64,000 bases of DNA from Plasmodiophora brassicae. Its lineage: Eukaryota. The notes beneath the pieces were generated by a model. It had not been told where the DNA came from, did not search any database, and saw nothing but the letters and a program-made list of their open reading frames with translations. Of this stretch, positions 38,363 to 50,513 are shown one piece after another. The stretch covers positions 310,001 to 374,000 of the forward strand of contig CP145418.1 in the NCBI GenBank assembly GCA_036867785.1, read 5' to 3'. Position 1 is the stretch's first letter. Every line of letters begins with the position of its first letter. The position numbers were made by a program, and so were the translations under genes.

Positions 38363-41195
38363 ATGCTGAACCTTGTGCTGGTTGGCGGGTTGCTGCTGTT
38401 CGCCGACGTTATCGTCAGCCAGATCGTGTGCGATGAGAACCCGTGCCTGTTCTGGCCGGTGCGGTGTTGCCCGACGTACCCGTGCCTGGACCCGGCGTCG
38501 ACGAAGCCGGTCCTGGCGCTGAGTGTCTTCGTGAACTTCCACTACGGGTTTCGGGAGGCCGTCCAGGTTGCCGTCGACGACGTCCGGGCCAGCGGGATGT
38601 TCCCGGATTACGACGTCCATGTGCGCTGGTATGACGGGCACGAAGACACGAACCGGGCCCCGGTCGCGTTCCTGTGCACGGCGTTCCATAATCTGTCTCT
38701 GGCAGAGCCGCCCGTCGTCCCGATCCTAATCGGTACAGAGAGACGAATGAGACAATAGAACGTTGGCTGGCGGTAATCCTCTGAACAGGCCCCGACTACA
38801 GCGGCATGGCGGTATGGAATACGTTTGCCCGCCGATGCCGGACGTGACGTTGCGCACTGTCGTAGGCGACGTTCGCGAATATCGCCAGTACCTACCATTG
38901 GTGAGCGCTCGTCTGTTTCCGTTCTGGTGGTCTAACTGCGTCAGATCGGGACACTATCAAGCTCGTCTACATTGTCCGACAAGCGTCTGTACTCGACGTT
39001 CTCACGTGTGTACCCTCCCGGTCTGTCTGACATCGCCCAATGGCACCCCGGTTCTGACCTGCGGCGGCAGACAACAACCAGGCGCAGGCGCTGATCAACA
39101 TCATCCGTCACTTCCAGTGGCATACCGTTGTCGTGTTCGGGTGACTCTCCCCTGCGTGCGTCGCATGACGGGGGACGCATGGCTGACCATCGGCCCAGGT
39201 CATCGGACGCGTACGGAACCGGGCTGATAACGCAGTTCAGTGCCCTGGCCGCGAACAATTCCATAACGGTGGCTCTGGCGATGCAGTTTGAGGGCGGCGT
39301 GTCGTCGGCCCAGTTGCAGCTGCAGCGCATGTCCGATTCTAGGGCACCTGCCGCATAGTCGCGCGCTGACACGACCCTGTGTACATAGATTGAGCACGAA
39401 CGTGCGCGTCATCGTCTGCCCGATGCTGACCGATCCGTCCAATGTCGTGTTCCGCGTCGCCAGGTCGATGGGCATGACCGGCCGCCACTACGTCTGGGTC
39501 GGCACCGACGGCATCGCCGGCAAAGTGGACGGGGTGACACCAGACGGGTTCCTGGGCACAACGCCATATGTCGACACGACGCTGCCGGCGTACACGTCAC
39601 TGGTCCAGCGCGTCAACGCCACGTTGAACTATTCGTCTGGGGTTCAGCCCGACTTCTCAAAGATCCCCTTCGAGTACGACGCGACCATGTTCGGGTTCCA
39701 CGTGCTGTGGCAGATGCGGCAGTCGTCGATCCGCTGGACACCGACGGCGATCCTCGCCGCCATTCGCTCCACAACGTACAACGGATCGGTGTGTCGCGCC
39801 GATCGACCGCGTCTCGGCTGAACTGACAACGACCCGGCAGACCGGCACCATCCAGATGGACTCGAACGGCGACCGCATCTCGCCATACAGCCTCCTGAAT
39901 TACAACGCCGCCGATAACACCTGGACACTTGTCGCCATCGTTACCGACGCATCCGCCCGCTTCGTCAGCACGCCCGTCTTCGCCGAGGGCCGCCTGAGCG
40001 TTCCGATCGACGTGCCTGTTGTGAGCCGCCAGCGAATGACGGTCGGGCTCGCGTCCCAGCTGGCGGTTATCGTGGCAGGGGCCCTGGGCATCGCGATCGC
40101 CGCCGCTGTCATCTCGTTCAGCACCTGGAACCGCAACCTGCCGTTCATCAAATTCTCGACGCCCGTCATGAACAATTGCATCGCGCTCGGCACCGTCCTG
40201 GCGTACATGGCCATGATCGTCAACGCAGCGTCCAACGTCGTTTCAGCGTTCCAGTGCACATGCTGGGTCGTCTTTGTCACCGTCGCGTTCTCCCTGTCGT
40301 TCGGCGGCCTCTTCCTGAAGACCTATCGGGTCTACAAGGTGCCGTTCCGCGTTTCTGAGCACACCACACGTGTTTGACACGAAGCGATTCCGCAGGTCTT
40401 CTCACAGGGGTCCATGGTGACGCGCTCGCCGATAACAACGACCCGCCTGATACTGGGAGTCGTGGCCCTCGTTGGTGTCGATGCCGCGCTGTTGATTGGG
40501 TTCCTGACGATGGCACCCTACCGAATTGTGGACATTGACCTGCCAGCGCACCCGGATCCGTCCAACCCCGACGACGACATCATCCAGCCTTTCGTCACAA
40601 GGTGCCAATCGGATCTGGCCAGCACATTCGCCGCCGTCGTGCTCGTCTACAAGGTCCCGAAACGAAGTGTACAGATGGACAGGGACGTTGTGTCTGAGGC
40701 CACCGTAGGGGATCATTGTGCTGTACGGGGCGTTGCTGGCGTTCCAGACGAGGGACGTGGCCATTCCGGCGCTGAACGACAGCAAACAGATCGGGCTGGC
40801 GATCTACACGAGCGCGATGATCGCGGTCGTCATCGTCCCGATCGACATGTTCGTACTGCAGGACTCGCAGGTAGCCACATCGTTCATCCTGACCAGCTTC
40901 GCCACGTTCTTCGCGTTCACCTCGATGCTCCTGATCCTGTTCGTCCCCAAGGTCGATCGACCGATCACTGGTTGTAGGCGTGCGTCCGGCTGACATCCCG
41001 CAGGTTGTCGTTGTGATGAATGGGACGGCTACGACCATGCATAAGTCGGAGACGAATCAGATGACACAGGGCCGGGATAACAACCGACCCGACCTGGCCG
41101 ATGTCAAGGTGGTCAAGCCCAGCCCAGCGCCCCGGAAGCGAACCGCGGACCTGCACGACGTGGTCCCCGGCAATGTCGCCAAGGCTATCCAATGA
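38363..41195 (+). CDS. Class C (GABA-B-like) GPCR: Venus-flytrap domain + 7TM, multi-exon
   Basis: Signal MLNLVLVGGLLLFA; FQWHTVVV, GRHYVWVG, MDSNGDR, IKFSTPVMNNCI, FGGLFLKTYRVYK, LLAFQTR...LNDSKQIGLAIY, LFVPK. Confidence 0.88.
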
Positions 41196-41556
41196 ATGGG
41201 GCCTGTGCCGTCCCGAACCGTGCCTGTATTGCCAGTCCTGCGACAGCAGGAACGACAGCCAATCGTTTCTGACATCAAACGTTGATCGGGAAGCGTGCCC
41301 CGCCACAGCACAGGCTTGGGCGCGTTCAACGCATCGCTCTCAGATAGGTTGACATTTTAGAAATTCCCTCGTTCCGGGGTCTCAGCGTCAGGCTCTCAGG
41401 CCGACCGGGCCTTGGTTCCCTGTACTGCTCAATTGCACAGGCCAGTGGATGATGACGACAGCGCCCCGTCATCTTCGTCGACATGGGGCGCACGTTCCCA
41501 GGCTGGTCACGGCACGCGGCTGCGATGTCTGATAGACGTCCCCCGAGGATCGGGCG

Positions 41557-44301
41557 TCAGCACGACGGGCCACACGAGCCGTACCCAGCAGGTGTTGAGA
41601 CGGCAGGGCTGCTGTCCGCTTGGTGATCCTTCAGACTCTCCGCAGCAGCAACGTCGCCACAACGGGTGTACGACGCCATGACAGCCACAAGGACGTCCGA
41701 CTGTCGCAGCAAACCAGTGTCGCGAGCGAACTCGTGCAGAGCTCTGACCGATGGAAGATCACGGCAGCGGCCGTAGGCGGCGACGAGGCCGTTTACGACG
41801 AACGCATTGGACAGGAGCGCGTGCTCTCGAGCGCACTGATGGAGGCGCTTGACGTCCGCCAGGCGCGCCAGGCGACCGTAGGCGGCAACAACGGAGACGA
41901 ACGCGGGTGGCTCGACGACGTCCATGCCCTGCATGATCTGTTCGGCCGTGACGGGATCGCCGCATTGCCCATAGGCTGACGCAAGGGCATTGCCAACGCC
42001 CGGGTCGCCATCGAGCTGTCGTTCGCGGGCGAACTCATGCAGACCTTTGACCGATGGCAGGTCGCCACACCTGCCATAGGCGGCGACGAACGCGCTGACC
42101 AGGAACACGTTCGACATGATGCCGTGCTCGGCCGCGTACCGATGCAGGCGACGAACATCAGGGAGGCTCTGCTGGCGACCGTACGCGGCGACAACGGCGG
42201 CGCAGGAGGCAGGCTGGGCACCCAGCGTTTCCATCAGGACGCGTTCCGCACGAGCAGCATCATCGCATTGCCCATACGCCGATACGACCGCGTTGGCGAC
42301 ATCGTCATGCACCATCATTTGTCGATCGCGCGCGAACTGGTGCAACGCGACGACGTCCTCCAGATCAGAACATCGCGCGTATGCCACCAGGAACGCGTTC
42401 AGGACCAGCCCGTTTGTCAGCAGAGATTTCCGGTCGGCGTTCTGGCGCAGACGTTTAACGTCGTCCAGGCGAGCCAAACGACCGTAAGCGGAAACGACAG
42501 AGGCAAAGGCGGAAGGTTCCGTTTCGGGCGTTAGGGAACGTTCCGCACGGGCGACATCATCGCAAAGGGCATAGGCAGAGACGATGGCGTTGGCTACGTC
42601 GGCATGCGCTGTCAGACGAGAGTCTCGAGCAAATTTGTGAACGGCCTCGACGGACGCCAGGTCGGAGCAGCGAGCGTACCCGGCGATGAACGCGCTGACG
42701 ACAGCGGCGTGCGACAGCAGAGCATGCCTGTTCGCGAATTGATGCAGGCGCTGAAGATCGGAATGGGCAGACTGCCGGCCGTAGGCGGCGATGACGGTCG
42801 CGAACCCGAACGGGTCGGCGGCGTTGGAGTCAGAGAAGACGCGCTCGGCCGCGGAGGCATCGCCACACTGCCCATAGGCGGAGACGAACGCATTGACGAC
42901 GACGTTGTCAGAGAGCAGGCCATGGTCGCCAGCGAACCGGTGCAGGTGCTGAACGGCCGCCCGCATGCAGCAGTGCCCATAGCCGGCGACGAACGCACTG
43001 AGAACGAACACGTCCAGTAGAAGCAGGCCACGTTCAGCGTGTCGATGCAGACGTTGAATGTCGGCAGCAGAGCGCAGGCGACCGTACGCTGCGACGACAG
43101 ACGCGAAGGCGGACGGGTCCCGGGACTTGGAGTGGAAGAGAAGCCGCTCGGCGCTGGCGACTTCGCCACAGCGACCGTATGCAGAGACGAGAGACGTCAG
43201 GACCTTGTCGTTCGATGCCAGCGATGGCCTGTCCTCGGCGTATCGATGGAGCTGCCGGACGATATCGACGTTCAGGGCACGGCCGGCAGCGATCGCCAGG
43301 CTGTTGAAGACGCCGTCCAGAATACGGATGCGCCGTTGACACATGCCCTGGAAGATGGCAAAGGCCTGATCGGCGCGGTCGGCCTTGGACAGGGCCGAGG
43401 CAACGACGTTGTAGATGTGCTCGGACGCTGGCAGACCGACGCAGTCCAGAAGCGCGAACGCGTCCAGAGCCGGTCCAAAGCGGTTGTCGGCGACGAGCGA
43501 CTTGACGAGATTGGCGAACAGCTTCTCGTTCTGGTACGATGGGATGCGCCCGGAACGGATAAGGTTCAAGAGGACCTCGGCGGTGTACGCCGCCGACGCC
43601 CGGTCAGCGGCCTCGGCACAGCAGGCGGCCAGCAACGACAGCAGGCGCTGCGACACCTGAACATCGTTGTACAGGACGTGGGACACGAGGCTCAGCGCCG
43701 CATCCGGGTCGCCCGATTTCCGACAGACGTGCACGACGCCATAGATGATGCCCTCGCAGCGCGGCCCACACTTCCAGTAGGCGTCCAGGGCCTCGGACAG
43801 CATCGGCGGCCTGGTCGCCACACACGCGTGCAGGAAGTTCCCGAACAGACTCTCGCAAACGTGTACGCCTCGCGATACGGCCTCGTTGAGGACATCGGGC
43901 GCCTTGGACGCGGCGTGCCGCTTGCAGAACGTCATCATGGCCTGGAACACGCGGATGTCGACGGGGGCGCCCGCGCCGAGCGCCGCCTGGAAGACGGCCC
44001 ATCCCCGGTCCGGGTCGTCCTCCCGCTGCAGCGCCGGGACGGCCATCGGGACCGTCGGCCGGTGCGCGAACTTGACGAAGACGGGCGACGGCGCCGACCG
44101 GGTCGCGCCGACCGCCGTCCGGGTCGCGAACGCATGCAGGCGCGCCAGCACCTGCGCCTGGCTCGGCTGCCCGCCGGCCATGCGCTGCGCGGACTGCGCA
44201 TCGTGTCCGTCGTCGCCAACGCCGTCGGCGCTGCAAACGACCACCTCCTGCGGCGCTGATCTCGCCTGGACGCGCGTAGCTGCCGGCGCCCCCTTATTCA
44301 T
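41557..44301 (-). CDS. Pentatricopeptide repeat protein with PLS-like 31/35/35-aa triplets
   Basis: Repeats such as VGNALASAYGQCGD...AEQIM and AFVSVVAAYGRL...KRLH; no E/DYW domain visible; start codon uncertain. Confidence 0.82.
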   Translation of the reverse strand: MNKGAPAATRVQARSAPQEVVVCSADGVGDDGHDAQSAQRMAGGQPSQAQVLARLHAFATRTAVGATRSAPSPVFVKFAHRPTVPMAVPALQREDDPDRGWAVFQAALGAGAPVDIRVFQAMMTFCKRHAASKAPDVLNEAVSRGVHVCESLFGNFLHACVATRPPMLSEALDAYWKCGPRCEGIIYGVVHVCRKSGDPDAALSLVSHVLYNDVQVSQRLLSLLAACCAEAADRASAAYTAEVLLNLIRSGRIPSYQNEKLFANLVKSLVADNRFGPALDAFALLDCVGLPASEHIYNVVASALSKADRADQAFAIFQGMCQRRIRILDGVFNSLAIAAGRALNVDIVRQLHRYAEDRPSLASNDKVLTSLVSAYGRCGEVASAERLLFHSKSRDPSAFASVVAAYGRLRSAADIQRLHRHAERGLLLLDVFVLSAFVAGYGHCCMRAAVQHLHRFAGDHGLLSDNVVVNAFVSAYGQCGDASAAERVFSDSNAADPFGFATVIAAYGRQSAHSDLQRLHQFANRHALLSHAAVVSAFIAGYARCSDLASVEAVHKFARDSRLTAHADVANAIVSAYALCDDVARAERSLTPETEPSAFASVVSAYGRLARLDDVKRLRQNADRKSLLTNGLVLNAFLVAYARCSDLEDVVALHQFARDRQMMVHDDVANAVVSAYGQCDDAARAERVLMETLGAQPASCAAVVAAYGRQQSLPDVRRLHRYAAEHGIMSNVFLVSAFVAAYGRCGDLPSVKGLHEFARERQLDGDPGVGNALASAYGQCGDPVTAEQIMQGMDVVEPPAFVSVVAAYGRLARLADVKRLHQCAREHALLSNAFVVNGLVAAYGRCRDLPSVRALHEFARDTGLLRQSDVLVAVMASYTRCGDVAAAESLKDHQADSSPAVSTPAGYGSCGPSC

Positions 44302-44491
44302 TCGTGAAGCGCGCGCCCCCCTCAGATACAACGAGGACGAGCAAGGCGGGCGACCGTGGGCACCACCGACTGCATGGGGTCGGAGCAGCGTTCCGTCCGC
44401 CCCGTCGCGCGCGCAGACCGGCTAAATGTGGCGGGCGCTGCGTCGTGGTGTTGCTGGATTGGGTGCCTTCGTCGCCGGCCGGCGCCTGGCC

Positions 44492-45090
44492 ATGGCGCAG
44501 GGCGACGCCGAGCGCGCCTCGGCACCGGGCGAGAGCGAAGAAGGTGGGGGGTTCCGGGCATCGTCGGGGGGCGCGGAGTGATTGCGGTTCGTAGACTCGC
44601 GGGGATCCCTCGCCGATCTGCATCTGGAGCGCGAGGCCGAGGAGATCATCGCCGACGCCCAGTGCCCGTCGTGCTTGAGTACGGCGCCGTCGTCGATGGG
44701 GTCGCGTGCCTCTCTGAGCGAATGGTTCCTGCAGGGGAAGCTCTTCGGGGACCTTGCGGCGGCAAGTTCCTGTACCTGTTCCGATGGTGACGCCCGTCGG
44801 TGCGGCGCCGGTTCCGATCTGGGTTCTGACTGCAATCTGTACCGGCCAGTTCGTCGACCAAGGCGGACAAGGAGATCGAGGAGGGCGCCTGCGCTGACGA
44901 ATGGGATGCGTTTGCGGCGTGCTACCGGAGCAACCTGGAATGGTACGAAGAGCGCCACCGGCAGATGGAGGAGGAGGACGAGCAACGCCGCCAAGACGGG
45001 TCAGGCGATCGTCGGGACGACGGTGAGCGCGCCATCGGCGCCGATGTCGTCGTCCCTGAACCGTCACCGGCGGGCACGCTCGACATGTAA
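44492..45090 (+). CDS. Twin CX9C (CHCH) protein, Mia40/GCK-like, 4 exons
   Basis: Splicing three short GT-AG introns yields ...AQCPSCLREALRGPCGGKFLYLFRCSSTKADKEIEEGACADEWDAFAACYRSNLEWYEE...TLDM*. Confidence 0.75.
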
Positions 45091-45169
45091 CTGGTCTAAA
45101 CGCGAACCGTTGCCGCCTGGTCGACACGTAAACGAGTATATATTGACACGGGCCGCGACAACGGACGGG

Positions 45170-47074
45170 TCAGTCGACCTCCTGGACGGTCGGCCCACGA
45201 CGCTCTTCATCTGCGCCAGGTGGCGGCGCCTGCTGCTGTTTCTGCAGGATCGCTTGGCACTTGGATTCGAACTCTTCGCGCTTGCCATTGAGCTCGTCGA
45301 CGCTGGCGGAATCGGCGTGCTGGTCGACCCACTGGGTGATGTCGGACACCTCCTTCCTCACCGTCTCGTAGTCGCCCGGATCCATCTGGTCCTTGCGTTC
45401 GTCGGACATGTTCCTGACGCTGTAGATATAGTTCTCCAGGTGGTTCTTCGCCTCGACCCGCCCGCGAACCGCGTCGTCCTCCGCCTTGTACCGCTCGGCG
45501 TCCCGAATCATGCGCTCGACTTCGTCCTGCGACAGCCTCGTCTTGTCGTTCGTGATCGTGATCTGCTGCGTCTTCCCGGTCGACTTCTCGACGGCGCTCA
45601 CGTTCAGGATCCCATTCGCGTCCATGTCGAACGTCACCTCGATCTGTGGCACGCCACGCGGCTTCAGCGGGATGCCCGACAGCTGGAACTTGCCCAGGAG
45701 GTTGTTGTCGCGCGTATGTGCCCGTTCGCCCTCGTAGACCTGGATGTCGACCGCGGACTGGTTGTCAGCGTACGTCGAGAACGTCTGCGTCTTCTTGCAC
45801 GGCACCGTCGTGTTCCGCTTGATCAGCGGCGTCATGATGCCGCCGGCCGTCTCCAGGCCCAACGACAGCGGTGCCACGTCCAGCAGCAACAGCTTCTGCG
45901 CCTTCTCGTCGGCGGTTCCCGTCAGGATGGCGGCCTGGACGGCGGCGCCATACGCGACCGCCTCGTCCGGGTTGATCGACTGGCACAGCGTCTTCCCGCC
46001 AAAGAAGTTCGACAGCATCTGCTGGACGCGGGGGATGCGGGTCGACCCGCCGACCAGGACGATCTCCTCGATCTGCGTCTTGCTGATGCCCGAGTCGCGA
46101 AGGACCTGCTCGACCGGCGCCAGGCACGACTCGAACAGGTCGTGGCAGAGCGCCTCGAAGCGCGCCCGCGTGATCGACGAGCTGAAGTCGATGCCTTCGT
46201 ACAGCGAGTCCACCTCGACGGCCGCTTGCGTCGACGACGACAGGGCGCGCTTGGCGCATTCGCAGGCCGTTCGTAGGCGGCGCAGGGCGCGTTGCGATTT
46301 CGTGATGTCAACGCCCCTGTTCTTGCGTTTGAACTCGTCGACAAAGTGCTTGACGAGGAGGTTGTCGAAGTCCTCGCCGCCGAGATGCGTGTTGCCGGCC
46401 GTGGCCTTGACCTCGAAGACGCCGCCCTCGATCGTCAGCAGCGACACGTCGAACGTGCCGCCGCCGAGGTCGAAGATCAGGACGTTGTGCTCGCGGGACT
46501 CCTCCTTGTCGAGGCCGTAGGCGATGGCGGCTGCGGTCGGCTCGTTGATGATACGCAGGACGTTCAGGCCGGAGATCCGCCCAGCGTCCTTCGTCGAATT
46601 CCGTTGCGAGTCGTTGAAGTAGGCGGGGCAGGTGATCACGGCGTCGTTGACCGGGTGCCCGAGGAACGCCTCCGCCGTCTCCTTCATCTTGGTCAGGACC
46701 ATGGCCGAGATCTCCTCCGGCTTGAACTGCTTCGTCTGGCCCTGGTACTGGACCTCGATGACAGGCCGGTCGCCTTCGCTCCGGACGACCTTGAACGGCC
46801 ACAGCTTCATGTCGGACTGGACGGCCGGGTCGTCGAACTTGCGGCCGATCAGGCGCTTGGCATCGAAGATGGTGTTCTCCGGGTTCCTGGCCGCCTGGTT
46901 CAACGCCGCCTCCCCGATCAGACGCTCCTGGTCGGTGAACGCCACCCAGGACGGCGTTGTGCGGTTGCCTTGGTCGTTAGCGATGATGTCGACCGACCCG
47001 CTGCGCCAGACGCCCACGCAGGAGTAGGTCGTGCCGAGGTCGATGCCGACCGCCAGTTTCTTGCCCGACGACAT
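45170..47074 (-). CDS. HSP70: Cytosolic Hsp70
   Basis: [47 protein letters not shown]-terminus GPTVQEVD; intronless. Confidence 0.97.
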   Translation of the reverse strand: MSSGKKLAVGIDLGTTYSCVGVWRSGSVDIIANDQGNRTTPSWVAFTDQERLIGEAALNQAARNPENTIFDAKRLIGRKFDDPAVQSDMKLWPFKVVRSEGDRPVIEVQYQGQTKQFKPEEISAMVLTKMKETAEAFLGHPVNDAVITCPAYFNDSQRNSTKDAGRISGLNVLRIINEPTAAAIAYGLDKEESREHNVLIFDLGGGTFDVSLLTIEGGVFEVKATAGNTHLGGEDFDNLLVKHFVDEFKRKNRGVDITKSQRALRRLRTACECAKRALSSSTQAAVEVDSLYEGIDFSSSITRARFEALCHDLFESCLAPVEQVLRDSGISKTQIEEIVLVGGSTRIPRVQQMLSNFFGGKTLCQSINPDEAVAYGAAVQAAILTGTADEKAQKLLLLDVAPLSLGLETAGGIMTPLIKRNTTVPCKKTQTFSTYADNQSAVDIQVYEGERAHTRDNNLLGKFQLSGIPLKPRGVPQIEVTFDMDANGILNVSAVEKSTGKTQQITITNDKTRLSQDEVERMIRDAERYKAEDDAVRGRVEAKNHLENYIYSVRNMSDERKDQMDPGDYETVRKEVSDITQWVDQHADSASVDELNGKREEFESKCQAILQKQQQAPPPGADEERRGPTVQEVD

Positions 47075-47143
47075 GGTTGGCGACAAATCACATGAATGTG
47101 GTCGCCGTCCAGGGGCGGCCCACGGCATATGGGCAGCCAGCCT

Positions 47144-47159
47144 CCGAGAATGTTCTCGG
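47144..47159. promoter_or_regulatory. Putative heat-shock element
   Basis: CCGAGAATGTTCTCGG (nGAAnnTTCn palindrome) ~70 bp upstream of the Hsp70 ATG. Confidence 0.55.
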
Positions 47160-49670
47160 GCCCATTCGCTTGTCGGGCACGCCCGAGGCGGCCGGCTCGG
47201 ATGCTTCTCGTCGCCCGCGGCACCCAATTTAGGCGCCCGTTCTTCGTCCTGTGCACCGAGCCTCGGGGGCCGGTCGGTAGAGCCGAAGCGGAGGCGATCG
47301 ACGTCTGCCTGCTTTGTGATAATTACGTGAAGTGACACCAGGTGCCAGCAGGGCGCGACGAGGTGGGACGGGTCCTCGGCGTTGAGGGTAGGATCGGCTC
47401 CTTGCCCTCGTGCGCGTCGTTACTGTAGGTTGGCGTTTCAGTTGGTCGCGTAATGCAATCTGTGAGCCAGTCACATGAAGAGTGCCTCATCACGCTGAAA
47501 CCAGAGTTGGGTCGTCTCGGGTATTGTACGCTGTCGATGATGCTTTGGTCATCGTTGAACGGCATTTAACTTTAGGACACCTGGGCCAAATGTTCAATCG
47601 TTGCGATGTACAAGGAGAAGTTGCTGCACTGTCTGTCTTCCAATGAGGCTATTCATTGTGGTGATGGTTCAGTCGTTATGCCGTCGTTGCCGCGCCCTGT
47701 TATTTCGGCTGTTGAACCATCTTCGGCACAACCTCCTAGTCGAACTCGCGATCATGTGGTCGTCGGCATCGCATCACTGCCAGCTCGCTTCGGCACAGTT
47801 AAGCGGCCACTTGGTACCTATGCTGTCCTGTTGGAAACTGCTGAACCGTGTTAAGGCGCGGTATTTAAAGCAACACATTGAGGTCCATCACCGAATTGCG
47901 CCTACAATCAATTCGAAGGGGAAACGGACACCACCGTCCGCAAACTCGCAACTTCGAACCCATCAAACGGGCGCGCTTAGAGTAAGTTCCCTCTCCCAGA
48001 TTTTCAGGTATCTATTCCATGCTAGTGTATTCGCCAGACAATGGACGTTGATTCGCTGCAGGCCATTTGTACGTCGTTCCAGCGATGGCTTCAAATCGTC
48101 CCGCTCGAGAGAACAACGGCGTTCACGTCGCTTCACTTGATGACAGCATGGGGGAGTCACTGTGCTCGCCAAGCGACCAACGGGCCGGGAGCACATTCCA
48201 CGACATTCGGGTGCACTTGGACGGTGACCCCCGTCCAACGCCGATAACGAAGTTTCCCATGTTGCACCACGGGGAGGCGTATTGCGCGCCAATGGCCACA
48301 ATCATTTTGTTCCTGGTGAGCACGCGTCGTCGCTGGACACGTCGTTCCTTCTCCAGCGCCTGCCGCAAAGCAGTCAGCTCTGCCATCGCTTCATGCGCTG
48401 ATCGACTGCCCGGCGAGATCTGCCACCGCAAACAGGCGAGCGAGCTGCCTCTGATTTTTAATGCTCTTTCCAACGGTGCCTATGTTTCCAGCTAACGGTG
48501 GCTCGAACGCGTTAACAACGCCATGTAACAACACCTTGTAATACTAGTTGTTCACAGAGACTGCACGACTGGTGGACCGGTGAAAGACGGACGTCATGGT
48601 CGGCACGCTGCCGGTACACGGTCTACCGTATTCAATGCGACTGTCGGACGCACCCATGCCCCGACAGGTGCTTAACGGCGATTCGCGCTGGTCATGGGCG
48701 CGCCCCTCAGCGAGTGGCCCCAGATGATTGCACGATGCCGCTGGGCTTACCGGGTCGGGACGCGGGAATGATCAGAGACCGAGGAAGTTCATAACTGCAT
48801 CGATAAAGAACCCTCGGTCAGCGTGGTTCTCGACGCCATACGCGCGGGACCAGTGCTGGAGGAGGCGGCGCGTCCAACGATCCATACGCGCTTGGCGTAT
48901 CTCCCGCCGGGGGCGATACAGCCCAAGCGAGAAGCGGTGCGTGCCGTAAGTGACGCGCAGCGTCGTGCCGTATGCGATGACGACCGGAACATCGCGGATG
49001 CGTCTTTGCCTGACGAAGGCAAGGTTCTGCCCGAACAGTCGTACACGATCGTCGTAGTGGACGCACACGACTATTCATGCACAATCAGCACGAGAGCGTG
49101 ACGTCGACAGACACAACGGGATGTGGCATACGTGGGTTCGTCGCCGCGACCCGAATGGAGACTGTGGTGGCGCAGCGTAGGAGCCTGTTAATCACCGTCA
49201 GTAGTTCGAAATACCGCGGTGGACGAGTAGGGTCAGATGACAGGTGTACGGCTGTACGTCCGTGCGCCCGTGCTGTCTTTGCTGGATGGCGTTATAGGCA
49301 AGGACGGCCGCGGCGTGGTCGTCTGCCCGCGCTGCAAGACATCAACGGGGACGCCGAGGAATTAGAATAGGGGCCAACTCTTGCGCTAGGGACTTCTATA
49401 TGTGTATTAGTGAGAATACAGCTGACGCGTCATAATTGCGTCGACGAACGGGCGCTGAAAATGCACAGGATCACGGCGGGCGCCATGACCACGCGCAGCG
49501 CTCTAAGTCGGCCGCACTGTGCTCGTCCGGTGGCGATGGGGCGCGGTCGGGCGACGGAGCTGGCAACGGCGTGTCGTTGCGGGGCGGCAGGCATGCTTGG
49601 CGTCTCGCACCGGCTTCCGGTTCGAACGATCGACTGACGGCGTCGGCAATACAGCGTAGCAAGATGCCCG

Positions 49671-50513
49671 TTACCATCGTCGTCGGCGTGTCATGTTGGG
49701 CGCGTCGACGATTACGTGCGACGGCGTCATCACCTGGCTCGACGATGTCGTCTTCGGGGATGATGGCGGCGTCTTCAGTGTCGCCGTTCTCGATGCTGCC
49801 CCCGCGAAGCCATCCACGCGATCGGTCAGCACGGGGTCGTCACGAGCGCGGCCGGGTGGTCTTGCGTCCACACCGCCCAAGAACCCGGCCAGAGCAGGGT
49901 CGACGAGGACGCGTTCAGCGGCTTCCACGGCGACTCGCGCCGCGTCGTTCTCCTCATCGTCGCTAATCTCGTTCCAGAGCGTCGCGTCCAGCCCTGCCAG
50001 CGCTGCAACGCCCTGGGCGGAGATCGCGAGCGGCTCGCCGCAGACGCAGCGGGCGGCAACGGCGCGGATGAACGTGCCCAGGATGTGCCGCGTGGTGCAG
50101 TGCAGCGGTGTCATGTCGTCCTTGTCTTGTGCACTGGTGTCAATCCCAGGGGCAATCAGCAGCCACTTGACACTCTCCTCCTCACCGTTCGATGCGGCCC
50201 AGTGCAGGACGTTGCCTCCGTCAGCCCATGGCGCACAGCTCACTTCCGTATCATCGGCGCCGGTGACAACGGCACTCTGAACATACCCGACGATGGTTCT
50301 CTGTTCTGTCGTGCTCGCGAACGTCCTGAGCCGAAGGATACCGGGTGCATTGCCGATGGCGGCAAAGAAAGCATCCTCATCGTCTATTATCCGGCGCATG
50401 CCGACGATATCGACCCGCGTCTGTTTCGTAGACATGGTTGCTGTCATAAGTGAATCCATATGGATGAATATCGCAGCGACCAGCAGCCGGCACCTAGCCT
50501 TCAACGACATTCC
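49671..50513 (-). pseudogene. Truncated/chimeric ankyrin-repeat gene
   Basis: Signal-like MSLKARCRLLVAAIFI; ankyrin GGNVLHWAASNG...APGIDTSAQDKDDMTPLH breaks off and continues into unrelated sequence. Confidence 0.5.

Noticed and set aside
33732-47074. Fes1 and Hsp70 as a functional cluster
   Set aside because: Separated by ~10 kb of unrelated genes; co-location is plausibly chance.
44582-47095. 564-aa and 267-aa plus-strand ORFs opposite Hsp70
   Set aside because: Well-known antisense open frames of Hsp70; only the first ~100 bp overlap a real exon of the CHCH gene.
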